Assembly (NCBI RefSeq): GCF_006345805.1
Contig: NC_043008.1
Location: 76,384,001 to 76,448,000, forward strand
DNA: 64,000 bases
Direction: 5' to 3'
From: Octopus sinensis
Lineage: Eukaryota
Below the pieces are notes generated by a model. That model was not told where the DNA came from. It was given only the letters and a program-made list of their open reading frames with translations, and ran no database searches. Positions 27,950-39,796 of this stretch are shown here, in pieces; positions within the stretch are counted from its first letter, which is position 1; every line of letters begins with the position of its first letter. The position numbers and the translations under genes are program-made.

Positions 27950-29040
27950 TATACTTTCACGTCATCTAGCGATTCATTTGAGCATGTCAGTTCTACTTCA
28001 CATTCTTTCATTGCTTTCTCCAAAAAAGTGTTATCTTTCCACTGACTTCGAGCGTCCTCAGACATTCCAAGAGTTAACTGTATTCGACACTGTCGTAGGC
28101 CTTCCTGTGATCTATCACTCCAACAGCTAACTTCTTCCTCCTTACGTGCTTTATTTAATATTCTACAGTTTATATATATAAACATATTTCATACTTCAAA
28201 TTATTATAACTTGGTTCTTTTCTCCTCTTTCCGAGACTCTGACATCACCGCTACAATATCTACAATTAAGCATGTTTTTCTTTCCTCTTCGTCGAACTTT
28301 CGATGCTCAGTCTGATTATGACATCGGATCGTTACATCTCACATTATCTCTGTTGTGTTTTCATCATTTTATTGTCCTGAGTTGCCCATCATTCTCAATT
28401 TCTTCTTCTAGGGTTAGCCAATAACACGTCTTCTCTTTCTCCAGTCCATAGTTGCCATATTTCCTCCAATGAATCTTGCGACATTGCCGTGCCTTTCTTT
28501 GGATTATCATTTCCGTGTTATAATACCGTATATTAGAAAGTGTATGTGACATTTTATAGAAATTACACCAAGGAATCTTGTACCTTACTAAATTTTCAAA
28601 TAAATTTATCTACTTCTAGATCCTCTTCGGCTAGTGGAATGGAGAAACTGGATCACTTTCGATGTTCATTTAGTCTCCTGATTAACATTGGCGAATTATC
28701 AACAACACTCCGCAAGAATCAACATTCTATTTGTATTTTAAGGAGTACTTGGTTTGAGAAAGTATTTAAATCGTTATTCTAATTAACTATTTGTCTAACC
28801 TATGAGATACCATTCCTGGAGATCATGTTACCACTCAGCTGACATATAAGGTTCAAAACTAATCCATCTCAACTTTCTCCATGTTCTTCGTTTCCGGGTT
28901 TTATGTATCTAGCTTGACAATATTGGTGATTAAACACATCCTTTCCATTCTTTCAACTTCATTCATAGTTTGCCTCCTATAATTCATCATAGACAGCATA
29001 AGATGCTACAATCCCTGATCATTTTCACGTTATAAACACA
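27950..29040 (-). mobile_element. Possible degraded RTE-like LINE endonuclease region
   Basis: Weak remnants such as T*SPGMVSHRLDK*LIR and ESD on the minus strand; heavily decayed. Confidence 0.3.
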
Positions 29041-30078
29041 TTATACCAGAATTTTGGTGCTATAATTTTCTATTTTATTTTATACTTCTCTTAAAAGTCT
29101 TTCATGAAATACACTTTGCTGAAAAAACCCTGGCAAGATCTCTCCCAGCACTTACGGAGACCCTGGAAAGGGTTCTGACTCAACTATAAAAATAGTATCC
29201 GGAGGACATTTGGTACACTTTGAACGAGATTTCTCTTAAATCTTTTCCATCTTATTATTATATTTCTTTATTAAGTTTGCTACACTTTCATTTACAAATT
29301 TTTCATAATTGCAATCCAGAATGTTTATTCATATGAAATTTTTATGTCGTTAACTCTTCGAATCTCTTCCTATATTTATGTCATTCAGTCTCAAGCTTCA
29401 AAGCAGGAGTGTATTGCCCATAACATACATTTAACCACATTAACACTTTCATTCATCTACCTAGAAACTATCCAAACAATTTCTATTCCAATTTGTTTCT
29501 ATCATTATTTTTGTTCCTCTCTCTCGCTCTCTCTCCCTTCCTTTTTTCCTCTTTCCTATTACTCACTCTCCCTCTTCCTCTCTTCATTTTCTTTATTCCT
29601 CTCTCTCTCTCTGACTCTCCCTCTCTCTTTCTCTCGCGATCACCCATTTTCTCTCTTTTCTCACCTTCTGCTTATTTTTTCCTTGCTCGTTTTTCAAGCC
29701 ATCTCCCCAGAAATTCTTCATTCATGTCATCTTTCATCAGCTCTTCCAACCTCACAAACACACTCTATTCTCCGTGATTCATGACGTTATTTTCCTCACA
29801 TTTCTGAACCAATTACTTTTTTACAGCCATTTTATACGATCTACGTATTACTATTAACAGCACCCATATAAAGCTTTGTATTGATTCATTGCTCTGCGAG
29901 TTTACCTGTTTATAGTGATTCTATTTTATATTTCAATTCATGATACTTCCTTTTCAACAATAATTATGAACTATGTGATAATAGCCAGCTTATTTTCTTC
30001 ACTTATTGTGATTTTAAGCAAAAGCGAGTCTAATTGAATGCTTTGTCAGTTACCTATTCGTGTATCAGAGTCAGTATT

Positions 30079-30183
30079 AATTCTATGCTAGCTACCTTCT
30101 CGAGCTCTAGTTAGTATAAATTCTATGCTAGCTACCTTCCCGAGCTCTAGTTAGTATAAATTCTATGCTAGCTACCTACCCGA
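30079..30183. repeat. 40-bp minisatellite, about 2.6 units
   Basis: aattctatgctagctaccttc(t/c)cgagctctagttagtata repeated at 30079, 30119 and 30159. Confidence 0.9.
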
Positions 30184-30700
30184 TTATCATGGTAAATATT
30201 AATCCTACCAACAGAATACATATTAATTCTATCATAGCAACCTACCAGGGAAGAGGGGTCAGTATGACACTTACATTAACTACATAACCGAGTATCAGAG
30301 TAAATATTAATTCTAGGCAAAATTTTCCTGACGGCTATTTTGTTTTTAGACTAATTTAAACACAGAACAATAGGATATCGTGTCATGTGCAACACTCACC
30401 ACAAACTGTATAAGTGGAAAGCTGCATTCACTGTTTGTCATCTTCATTTTAAGAACTATAGTACAACTCAGTTTCCCTTTCAAAAGATGCAATAATCCAG
30501 TTTCATTCCTACCTTTAAATAGATTATCTCAAGATAAGGAGGATTAGGGTTTTCATTAAAATCATTTGCCAAAATACAAAAGCTTTGAAATTAACTCATA
30601 ATGTCTTCTTGAGTCTGAAAAAATACTTGAATACATTTTTTATCGTATTTCACCTGTTTCTGTCATTAGACTGCGGTCATGCCGGGGCACTGCCTTGATT

Positions 30701-30758
30701 AAAAAATATGGGACGCTTCGTGAATTTGCGTGTCATTCTTGCGCAGGAGCTATGTTAT

Positions 30759-30791
<33 letters not shown>

Positions 30792-30798
30792 ATTGCCG
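30701..30798 (-). pseudogene. U6: U6 snRNA retrocopy (pseudogene) joined to a SINE 3' tail
   Basis: Minus strand cggcaatacatatactaaaattggaacgatacagagaagaataacatagctcctgcgcaagaatgacacgcaaattcacgaagcgtcccatatttttt is colinear with U6. The ACAGAGA box is intact, the AGC catalytic triad is changed to AAC, and the 5' stem is diverged. Confidence 0.9.
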
Positions 30799-31144
30799 TT
30801 ACTCCAAACTATCCTTTCACTAGAATATGGATGAACTTCAATAACCATTCGGTATGTGTTACTGATGTCGGCATTCTGCAGGAGAGCTATTCAAGTGATT
30901 AATGTTTGTGTTCTTCAGATAATAGAATAAGAATAAAGTTAAAATTATGGCGTAGATGTAATTTCAAACTCAGGTAAATAAATTGATGCTTGTAAATTTA
31001 CTTTATTTTCTGTTGTACCTACTTCTGTGCGTACTTATATGCTAATATTCTCATTGAGATGTAATCTTTAAGTGTGTGTATTTATAAATTAATGTATGTA
31101 TGTATGCATATATGTATATATGTACGTATGTATGTATGTATGTA

Positions 31145-31513
31145 CGCAAAAATAATGCAATCTATCATAGAGATCACCTCACTCGTGACTTTCTCGCCAA
31201 AGACAACATCGTTTCCCCACCTGTCCTTTTCACCTGATTTAGAACCTGAGGACTTCAATCTCTTCCCCAAGATGAAAAGCCAGTTCAAAGGTCGCCATTT
31301 TAACATCAGTCTCGAGATCCAAAGTAAATCGCAGAATGTCCTTCACTGAATTACAGAAAACGACTTCCAGGCTGAATTCTAAAAGTGGCTGGAAAGCTGG
31401 GACTGATGTATTGCTGTGCAAGGTGACTATTTCGAAGGAAATGATGTGAAAACGTAGGAAAATGATTTTATTAGACGTAACCAGTCTGGAAACGTTTTTG
31501 ATACCACCACGTA
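31145..31513 (+). mobile_element. Mariner transposase C-terminal fragment with 3' TIR remnant
   Basis: FSPDLEPEDFNLFPKMKSQFKGRHF (YSPDLAP-type motif) followed by the W..C....G.YFE-like end and a terminus …tttttgataccaccacgta. Confidence 0.75.
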
Positions 31514-32430
31514 AATGCAGTATAATTAGATCAGAAGTGTGATGAAATAATCGCTATTGTATGAGTGGAATTTATACCATTAGGGTTTGATATTATAAAC
31601 GCGGAGCATGTGTCATAGTGGTTTTAAATCAAGGGAAACAGAGACAGTGCGATTGGTCCTACTTCATAATTAAGTCATCTAACCTTTCATTTGGGTGGTT
31701 GCAAACTCTTCATGTTTCAGTAGATAGTTATCGAAGTGACGATATTTTGTGAAAATCTGTTATCTGATATTTAGTTAATCTACAATTGGAACAGATACTT
31801 CAATAGGAGGCTCTTGTATTCGTGCATAACCTTTTAAACTATTATTGTCTGATCTATATGAGTCAAAGATCCATTTGGTGATCTATTTGATGTCTTTCTA
31901 TATACGGTTAATCTGTTTTTGTTGCATCCCTCCTTACTGAAAAAAGAGGAATTCCAGATATATGAAACTACTCGCATGAGTTACAATTGCTGTGACTCAG
32001 GACAATTGAACCACAAGTAACTAGTAGTCTTAAAAGGTGCTGTGAGGTATATCTAGCCAAGATATCTTATCAATCAATAACCTGGTAACTCAATAACACA
32101 AGATATGGGACATCGACACCAACATTTGTTTCTTGGGGTTGGGACTCACTTCAGCGACAAAATCTACTGCACTTTGTAAGGCTTCTCTCAGGCCAGATAT
32201 ACAGGTAGCTCATTCATGATTTTTTTTTCAGAAATATTCTTTCTCTTGTAATCCACAAAATAGTGCTTATTGAATGAATTAGTTGAATAAAAATCTGAAA
32301 GTTTTATTATTTTTTAATTCATTTCTAAAATATTTTACTCTTACTCTCCCACTATCTTCATAAATATAAATATATATATATGTAAATACACATACATATG
32401 TACATACATATACATGTATATACATGCATG

Positions 32431-32983
32431 TATGGGCACAGGACACCACGGAACGTAAAACAACACAAGATAAACATAAAATACGGAAACAACCAGAAAT
32501 AGAAAATACGAAAACATGAAATACGAACTGTTTTGCTAACAACGAAAGAAATAAACGGGAAGTAAGACAAACAACACGAAAAAACGACCCTTCATCCGTT
32601 GTTGTCTGTCTCCTGTCAGAGCTTCTTTCTCTGCGTTCATCAACTCAACCCATCTAGGCTTAGCAGCCCTTCCTGTCTGCTTTCACTGAATTGTTTATGT
32701 TACCAACTTTGACCCTCTGCAAAATCCCAGATTCTATTTAATTTGCTTTGCGGCAGCAACTGTTATGCTGAAAACGTATCTTGTTGTGAATTGCTCGAAA
32801 TACGAAGTAGAAAAACAGCTAGCAACTAATGCAGGGTCGATTTTTCGTGTTGCTTGTCTTGTTTTCCGTTTGTTTCTTTCGTTGTTCGCAAAAAAAGGTT
32901 GTATTTCATATTTTCGTATTTTCTATTTCATATTGTTTTCGCATTTTATGTTGTTTTACGTTCCGTTGTGTCCTGTGCCCATA
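32431..32983. mobile_element. MITE/foldback-like element with about 155-bp imperfect inverted arms
   Basis: 32431-32591 is the approximate reverse complement of 32833-32983 (atgggcacaggacac…/…gtgtcctgtgcccat). TA-rich flanks. Confidence 0.7.
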
Positions 32984-33084
32984 TATGCATATATATACAA
33001 ATATATGTATGTGTGTTTGTATGCATATGTCTTTATATATTATTTATATTATTATATGAATGAAAGCCACGCATCCATTTCCAA

Positions 33085-33119
<35 letters not shown>

Positions 33120-33276
33120 TTATGTAGGTATAAGTTAGAGATGTTTAAAACCTCTAAGGAATGATTAAATCCAAAGGCACTCCTGGTGATTAGCTGCGTA
33201 GGTAAGTCCTTGGTAAAAGGCATACGGTAGCAGATAATTGAGCATGTAAACCGTAGTTTAAATTATATGCAAGAAG

Positions 33277-36235
33277 AAAATGGAGGGAAAATAACAGGAA
33301 GAAGTTGGTCGTTTGTTCTAGTAAACCATTAATTTGCGGTGGTAGACATCATTAGAATGCAGAGTCATATGTAGAGGCAAGAAGAGCGAGATATAGCGAT
33401 CCATTGGTAATGAGATGTCATAGTTGATAATTCTGCTGCGAAGTAGGATGGAGCTTATTTTTATCTGTAGTCTCAAGTTTATGTAAGCGCATATTTTCCA
33501 CGTGTTTATTCAGGCTAGACTTTTCCCCGTCGGTGTAAAGAAAGGGGGTGAACTCTAACTCATTGTGAAAAGGGGCTAACTCTTTAGACTTAAAGTTGTA
33601 GGAAGTACGTAGTAATGGAAGCCCTGTGTAGGAGTAAAATAATTTATGGATTGTGTAGAGCGAGTGGGGGTTGGGAGGTGAATGTTTGCCTGTAAGTAGT
33701 TTAAGTGGTTCCCGGCTAAATGGATTATTTAGATGAAGAAGCTAATGTAGGATTTGTACAGGGTTTAGCGTGTTTACCGATACTTGGAAATGACAAAGAG
33801 GCCTATATGTAGACAAAAATGACTGGTCTGATATTTTCTATTAAGAAGAAGTTGTTTAGCCGTTAGAATTTCCAGGCGTTCATTTAAACAGAGATCGTAC
33901 CTTCTATTGGTAAAGTTGTAAGTTTTTTTGTTCTGTTTTGTTTTTGTTTTTTTCTTTTTTTTTTAACTTAAGCTCCCTGTTTGTACTTAAGCTCCTGATA
34001 TGGCTACTAAGCCCTGTTGAATTTGCCTTACTCCTATTTCTGAAGCTAGATTGGTGTGCGTTGTACCTAAGTATCATTTGGTTCATCATGTATAGGATTT
34101 TATATGGCTATATGAGTGTGCGTCACATTGGTAAACTACGTTTCTGTGTTCGTGTTATGTTGCGGAGGGCTACTACTACTCTGGTTTTTGTCTTTGCTTC
34201 ATTAGTGGTGGGATTTGTTGTTTAAGTATGTTGGTTGTTAGCTTTATTGTTCCTAATTTTCCTTGCTTCATAGAATGGCCTACTCTAATTTTATTCCCCA
34301 ATATTGCTGCATATTTATTATTTAGGTTAAGTGTTTATCTATTATTTTCACTAACGAGCGAATTATGTTGGAATTGAGATGCATGGCGAAAGGGATTATG
34401 GGCCAGATCTTATCACTATTACGTTTATTCTTAGTATTGCTATATCTGGTATAGAAACTACCCTCATTGTTTGTAAGACGTGTAGAATTATAGTTATGGC
34501 TAACGAGTTTATTCCTATAGTTGGGTTTATCTTTACTATTGCCTTTGTCTGTTTTATTGGAGTTATTTCTGTATGGTTTATGTGGACTCAATGACCTGGT
34601 GTAATGATTTTTAATAGGGTTTATTTTGGGGCTCTTTATTTTTATTCTTATCGATGTGTAGGTTTATATTATTCTTATTATAGCTATTATTATTTTTCAA
34701 CTTATTTTTATAATTCGTGTTATTAGTCTTGTTAATGTTGTTAATCTTATTGATTATCACATTGTTAGTATTCATGTTGTCGTTGTTTGTAATTTTATTG
34801 GTGAGTTGCGTATGGGACTTAACGTTGTTTGTATTGCTATTATTTTTGTTGCGCTTATCAATGCTGTTCTTCTTGCTGCTGTTTTTTGTAGTGACGTTTG
34901 GTGTGTGGTTAGTGTTAATGGTATTATCGTGTGGATTTCTGTTATTTAGGTTATTTGTATAGTGATTGGGATCTAAGTATTTTTTTTAATCCTGCTTTAT
35001 CTAGTGCGATATTATAGATTTCCTTATGCTTATTAAAAATATGTTGGTTGGAAGAGAGGCGTGATATTCTATTGCTAATAGTAGGCACTAAACTTCTCTT
35101 AATAAAGTTCGGGTGGTTACTGGATGCGTTTATGTATTTGAGGCTAGTGCTGGGTTTTACATAGGATTCGTGGATTCCTGTGGCTAAGTTGCAGTTTGCG
35201 TCTAAGTAGTTAATGAAGTTGTGTTCCTTTTCTATAGAAATAGATAGCACAAATCTTTTAAAGAATTTGTGTAGTTTTTCTTGATAAGCTCTAGTTTCCT
35301 ATTTGAGGGTTTATTTATTATAAAAAGTGCGTCGTCCCTGTATAATCCACCCTTGAGTTCTGGGAATTCATCCTGTATGAATGATAGCAAGTAAATGCCC
35401 ACTAGGTCAGTTATCTGTGCTGAATCTGGCGCTCCTATGGTGATATCAAAAGAGCTAGGGGATCCTTTTGTACCCAAAGTTTATTTTCAAAGCTTATAAC
35501 TGCTTTCCACGCTTCTAGCATTACTTTTATTTCCTTCATAGTTAAATTCGTGTGATTTTTGGCGAATATTAGGGCGAAATTTCCGATCGTAGGGTTAATT
35601 GAGGAGTACTAATCTACTATATCTATCTGTATGAATTTCTAGTTCCTCGTGTTTTGTATATTGAAGAACCAGTTTAGGGCTTCATATGTGGTGGACCATA
35701 ATTCTAGGGCTATTCTACTTTTTAACTTAGAGATGTATTTGTCGAATATTAGTTTAATTTACACAGGTCCGATATATTTGGGCATATTAATCGTACTTTA
35801 GTATCGGTTAAGAAATTGGGTTTGTAGTCTTTTTAGTGTGATTCAAGGTCTGAATGGCACGAAGGGTTCAGTTTTGTCCTCTAAGTTGTAGTCTGTCATA
35901 ATGTCCTTGGCTGCTAAGTTCATAGATATTAAGCTGGTATCCGGTCCTATTTTGTATTTTTGTACTTTCCTTATGTAGCAGTTGGTGGTATAAATTAACA
36001 TCCAGAGTGTAGAAATTCCTTGTTCTATCGGAGTGAACAGTAATTCCGTGTTGTGACTTGAGCTTGTTTAGTAGGTCTTTTAGGTTCTTTTGGTAGGTGT
36101 TATTTCTCAGTGGGTGTCGATTGAATTGTAGGTTCGTAAATGTACTATTACTACCACTTTTCTTTATTAACTTATTAAATTAATGGCTTACTAGCGCAAA
36201 CGACCAACTTCTTCCTGTTATTTTTCCTCCATTTT
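33277..36235 (-). mobile_element. Degraded Penelope-like element (RT plus GIY-YIG) bounded by a 59-bp inverted repeat
   Basis: Minus-strand remnants LNWFFNI..KFIQIDI…YSSI, FDITIGAPDSAQITDLVGIYLL…LYRDDAL, YINASSNHP..IK.SL…RISRLSS, KIWPIIPF…LVKIIDKH and RYNAHQSSF. 33277-33335 is the reverse complement of 36177-36235 (4 mismatches). Confidence 0.85.
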
Positions 36236-36261
36236 ACCATTTTACTCTGGCATATATATAT

Positions 36262-37052
36262 ATATGCATCTAATATAGGATACAATTTTTCGAAAAGATT
36301 CTATCAATGGCCAGCATATTAAAAAATACCTTTAAAGGTTAAATTTATAAACAACTTATAAAAAAGGGCAAAAGAAAAAAAATTCTAATGCCAAATATGC
36401 CGATAACAGACACATCGTCAATAACCATATAATTCATCACAATAAGCACGCGTCTCGAAGAAAGCCGACAGAAATTACTAAAAAAATCCGTTATTATCAT
36501 AACGGACCCGATTTCAGAGTTAATTCGTAAGTGATAAATGTTGCAAAGAAATAAATGAAATACTTACTTATACCCATGGAAGAAGCAAACACTAAGTCAT
36601 GAGCACAATAAGTACCCCAAATATATCCAAAATAGAAATTCTCCAGCATACCTCGAGACACGTGCGATCGGACTGAAAACTCTGATAGAGTGAGAGAGTC
36701 CGGAAGTGAACAGTATTAAATTTACATCTAATATAGGATTAAATTTTTCGAAAAAAATTCTATCAATGGCCAGCACATTAAAAAATACCTTTAAAGGTTA
36801 AATTTATAAACAACTTATAAACAAGAGCAAAATAAAAGGTTTCTAATGCCAAATATGCTGAAAACGGACACAGCATTTATCACTGACGAAGAGAAGATTC
36901 TTATGAATTAACTCTGAAATCGGGTCCGATATGATAATAACGGAATTTTTTAGTAATTTCTGTCGGCTTTCTTCGAGATGCGTGCTTTATTGACGATGTG
37001 TCTGTTTTCGGCATATTTGGCACTAGAAATCTTTTTCTTTTGCCCTTGTTTA
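36262..37052. mobile_element. Composite direct plus inverted repeat element (pseudo-LTR-like)
   Basis: Direct repeat about 36264-36415 / 36724-36873 and inverted repeat about 36348-36540 / 36872-37050, between (TA)n tracts. Confidence 0.75.
36877..36937 (+). ncRNA. Type I hammerhead ribozyme motif, canonical core
   Basis: TTATCA-CTGACGA-AGAG[18 nt]CTCT-GAAA-TCGGGTCCGA-T-A-TGATAA. Stem I 6 bp, stem II 4 bp, stem III ATCGG/CCGAT, triplet AUA. Confidence 0.78.
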
Positions 37053-37069
37053 TAAGTTGTATATATATG

Positions 37070-37127
<58 letters not shown>

Positions 37128-37131
<4 letters not shown>

Positions 37132-39242
37132 AAACAAGTCAAAATAGAAAATGCTAAAATAATTTTATAAAGAACATTTCAGTACCGGTTTCGGTCATTT
37201 TGAGACCTTTTCAACTGTAACGATTAAATAATTAAATTTAGAAAGATTTAAAAAAAAGTTTTTTTTAAAGGAAGATTTGTATAGTGTTCAAATATAAGTG
37301 GCATTCTGCCTTTCTCTGTCTCCCTTGTTTGCACTTGTGTGTTCGAGGCCGTTGTGAATTCTTGGTAGGGTAGAAGAAGAAGGAGAAGGTTGATGAGGAG
37401 AGGGGGTGGAAAAATTTGGGAGTGCCTTGATGGTCGTATTTTGAATAGTCAGTGGCGGCTAGCAGTTGCAGTTCAATTCAGGAGAATATTTCTATTGAAA
37501 GGTTTGTTTATGGAATTTGCGTAGGTGTTATACTAAAAAGCATTAGTGATAAAGTTAAGAGGTAGAAGGTGGAGAAGAAGAAGACGAAGATGACGATGTT
37601 GATGATGATGATGATGATGAAGAAGAAGAAGGAGAAGGAGAAGAATAAGATGAAGATGATGGTGATGATGATGACGACGATGATGATGATAATGATGATG
37701 ATGAAGAAGAAGAAGAAGAAAGAGAAGGGAGAATGTGAATGGGTGAAAGTAGTGAGGTGTTGTATGACTTGAAGTTGGCACGTTATGGATTAAAGCTGTG
37801 ATTGGGGCTGATTTGTAATGGATTCTTTGGAATGTAATATTTGTGTGTGTATTTCTTTTATTCTAAAGTTGAGGTATATTAATCGTTCGTCGTAGACCCG
37901 TTAAGAAGTGGCCTGTATTTTGTAATAAAGAGAGTTTCTTTACTTATTCGTTGTCTCGAGGTTGCATCGTCCCTAAATTGGTAGAGGGGGAAAATCCTGA
38001 AGCCTGGTGTTTTGTTGTTGGCGCAAATATCTATGTGTTGGCTGAAAGCTATTTTTCTGTTTTGGGGAATTTTTATCTGGGATCTGTGCAGGGCCATTCT
38101 TTTACGCAAACTATTTTTTGTTTGGCCTATGTACTGCTCTTGACACCCGGAGCAAAGAAATGTGGAAGACCCAACTGCGGGATATGCGATTATCTAATTG
38201 AGGGATCAGAGTTCTCCTTCAAACAGGGAAAACGGTTTACAGTGAAAAGCAACTTCACATGTGCTTCGGAGAACCTAATATACTCACTAACCTGCTCCGG
38301 GTGTAAAGAGCAGTACATAGGCCAAACAAAAAATAAAGAAACTCTTTTTATTACAAAATACAGGCCACTTCTTAACGGGTCTACGACAAACGATTAATAT
38401 ACCTCAACTTTAGAATAAAAGAAATACACACACAAATATTACATTCCAAAGAATCCATTACAAATCAGCCCCAATCACAGCTATAATTCATAACGTGCCA
38501 ACTTCAAGTCATACAACACCTCACTACTTTCACCCATTCATATTCTCCCCTCTCTTCTTCTTCTTCTTCTTCTTCTTCTTCTTCTTCTTCTTCTTCTTCT
38601 TCTTCTTCTTCTCTTCTTCTCTTCTTCTCTTCTTCTCTTCTTCTTCTTCTTTTCTTCTTCTTCTTCTTCTCCTTCTTCTTCTCTTCTTCTTCATCATCAT
38701 CATCATCATCATCATCAACATAGTCATCTTCTTCTTCTTCTCCTTCTTCTTCTTCATCATCATCATCATCAACATAGTCATCTTCTTCTTCTTCTTCTTC
38801 TCCACCTTCTACCTCTTAACTTTATCACTAATGCTTTTTAGTATAACACCTACGCAAATTCCATAAACGAACCTTTCAATAGAAATATTCTCCTGAATTG
38901 AACTGCAACTGCTAGCCGCCACTGATCATTCAAAATACGACCATCAAGGCACTCCCAAATTTTTCCACCCCCTCTCCTCATCAACCTTCTTCTTCTTCTA
39001 CCCTACCAAGAATTCACAACGGCCTCGAACACACAAGTGCAAACAAGGGAGACAGAGAAAGGCAGAATGCCACTTATATTTGAACACTATACAAATCTTC
39101 CTTTAAAAAAACTTTTCTTTTAATTTTTCTAAATTTAATTATTTAATCGTTACAGTTGAAAAGGTCTCAAAATGACCGAAACCGGTACTGAAATGTTCTT
39201 TATAAAATTATTTTAGCATTTTCTATTTTGACTTGTTTTTTC
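37128..39242. mobile_element. Head-to-head inverted duplication of a PLE 3' end (GIY-YIG fragment plus terminal region)
   Basis: Arms 37128-37942 and 38334-39242, with TA repeats at both ends. Plus strand gives CGRPNCGICDY…FTCASENLIYSLTCSGCKEQYIGQTK; minus strand gives EQYIGQTKNSLRKRMALHRSQI…KETLFITKYRPLLN. The junction is at about 38141/38142. Confidence 0.9.
39149..39194 (+). ncRNA. Type I minimal hammerhead motif with a U3-A8 variant core (mirror copy on - at 37176-37221)
   Basis: GTTACAG-TTGAAAA-GGTC tcaaaat GACC-GAAA-CCGG-T-A-CTGAAAT. Stem II 4 bp, palindromic stem III ACCGGT, triplet GUA, stem I 6 of 7 paired. Confidence 0.7.
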
Positions 39243-39284
39243 ATATATATCAACTCGTGTGTTCCTTTTCACCCTTATACATAT

Positions 39285-39356
<72 letters not shown>

Positions 39357-39687
39357 ATGCTGTATGAAACATATGTTGCCCGGATATCATCTGCCCCATT
39401 TCTTAACACTTGTATTCTTTTTTGTATACCCGCAACCGTGGTTGCCTATCGCGAAATATAGATTTTTTTTCAATTTGTTGTACTTCAATTAGAAAAAAAA
39501 ATATCCACAGGCTTTTGTCTCAATAAATCACTGTTGTCCCTGAAAGTTGTTTTTTACATTTACTACGGATTGCTTGAAGCTAGCCTTCCTCCTACACCTC
39601 GATCTTTGGATCTTATATGTATGTATAGAGAGAGATACAGAGAAAGAGAGAGACACAGAGAGAGATGGGAGAGAGAGAGAGAGAGAG

Positions 39688-39688
<1 letters not shown>

Positions 39689-39758
<70 letters not shown>

Positions 39759-39759
39759 G

Positions 39760-39795
<36 letters not shown>
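39689..39795. repeat. (GATA)n microsatellite
   Basis: Direct reading. Other simple repeats: (CT)n about 3035-3064 and 49827-49878; (CATA)n about 54170-54241 and 54360-54535. Confidence 0.95.

Positions 39796-39796
<1 letters not shown>

Noticed and set aside
30079-30183. Regularly spaced repeats resembling a CRISPR array
   Set aside because: These are head-to-tail 40-bp units with no unique spacers, in a eukaryotic context, and no cas genes are present.
30701-30798. Functional U6 snRNA gene
   Set aside because: The AGC catalytic triad and 5' stem are mutated and the sequence is fused to a retroelement tail, so it is called a pseudogene.
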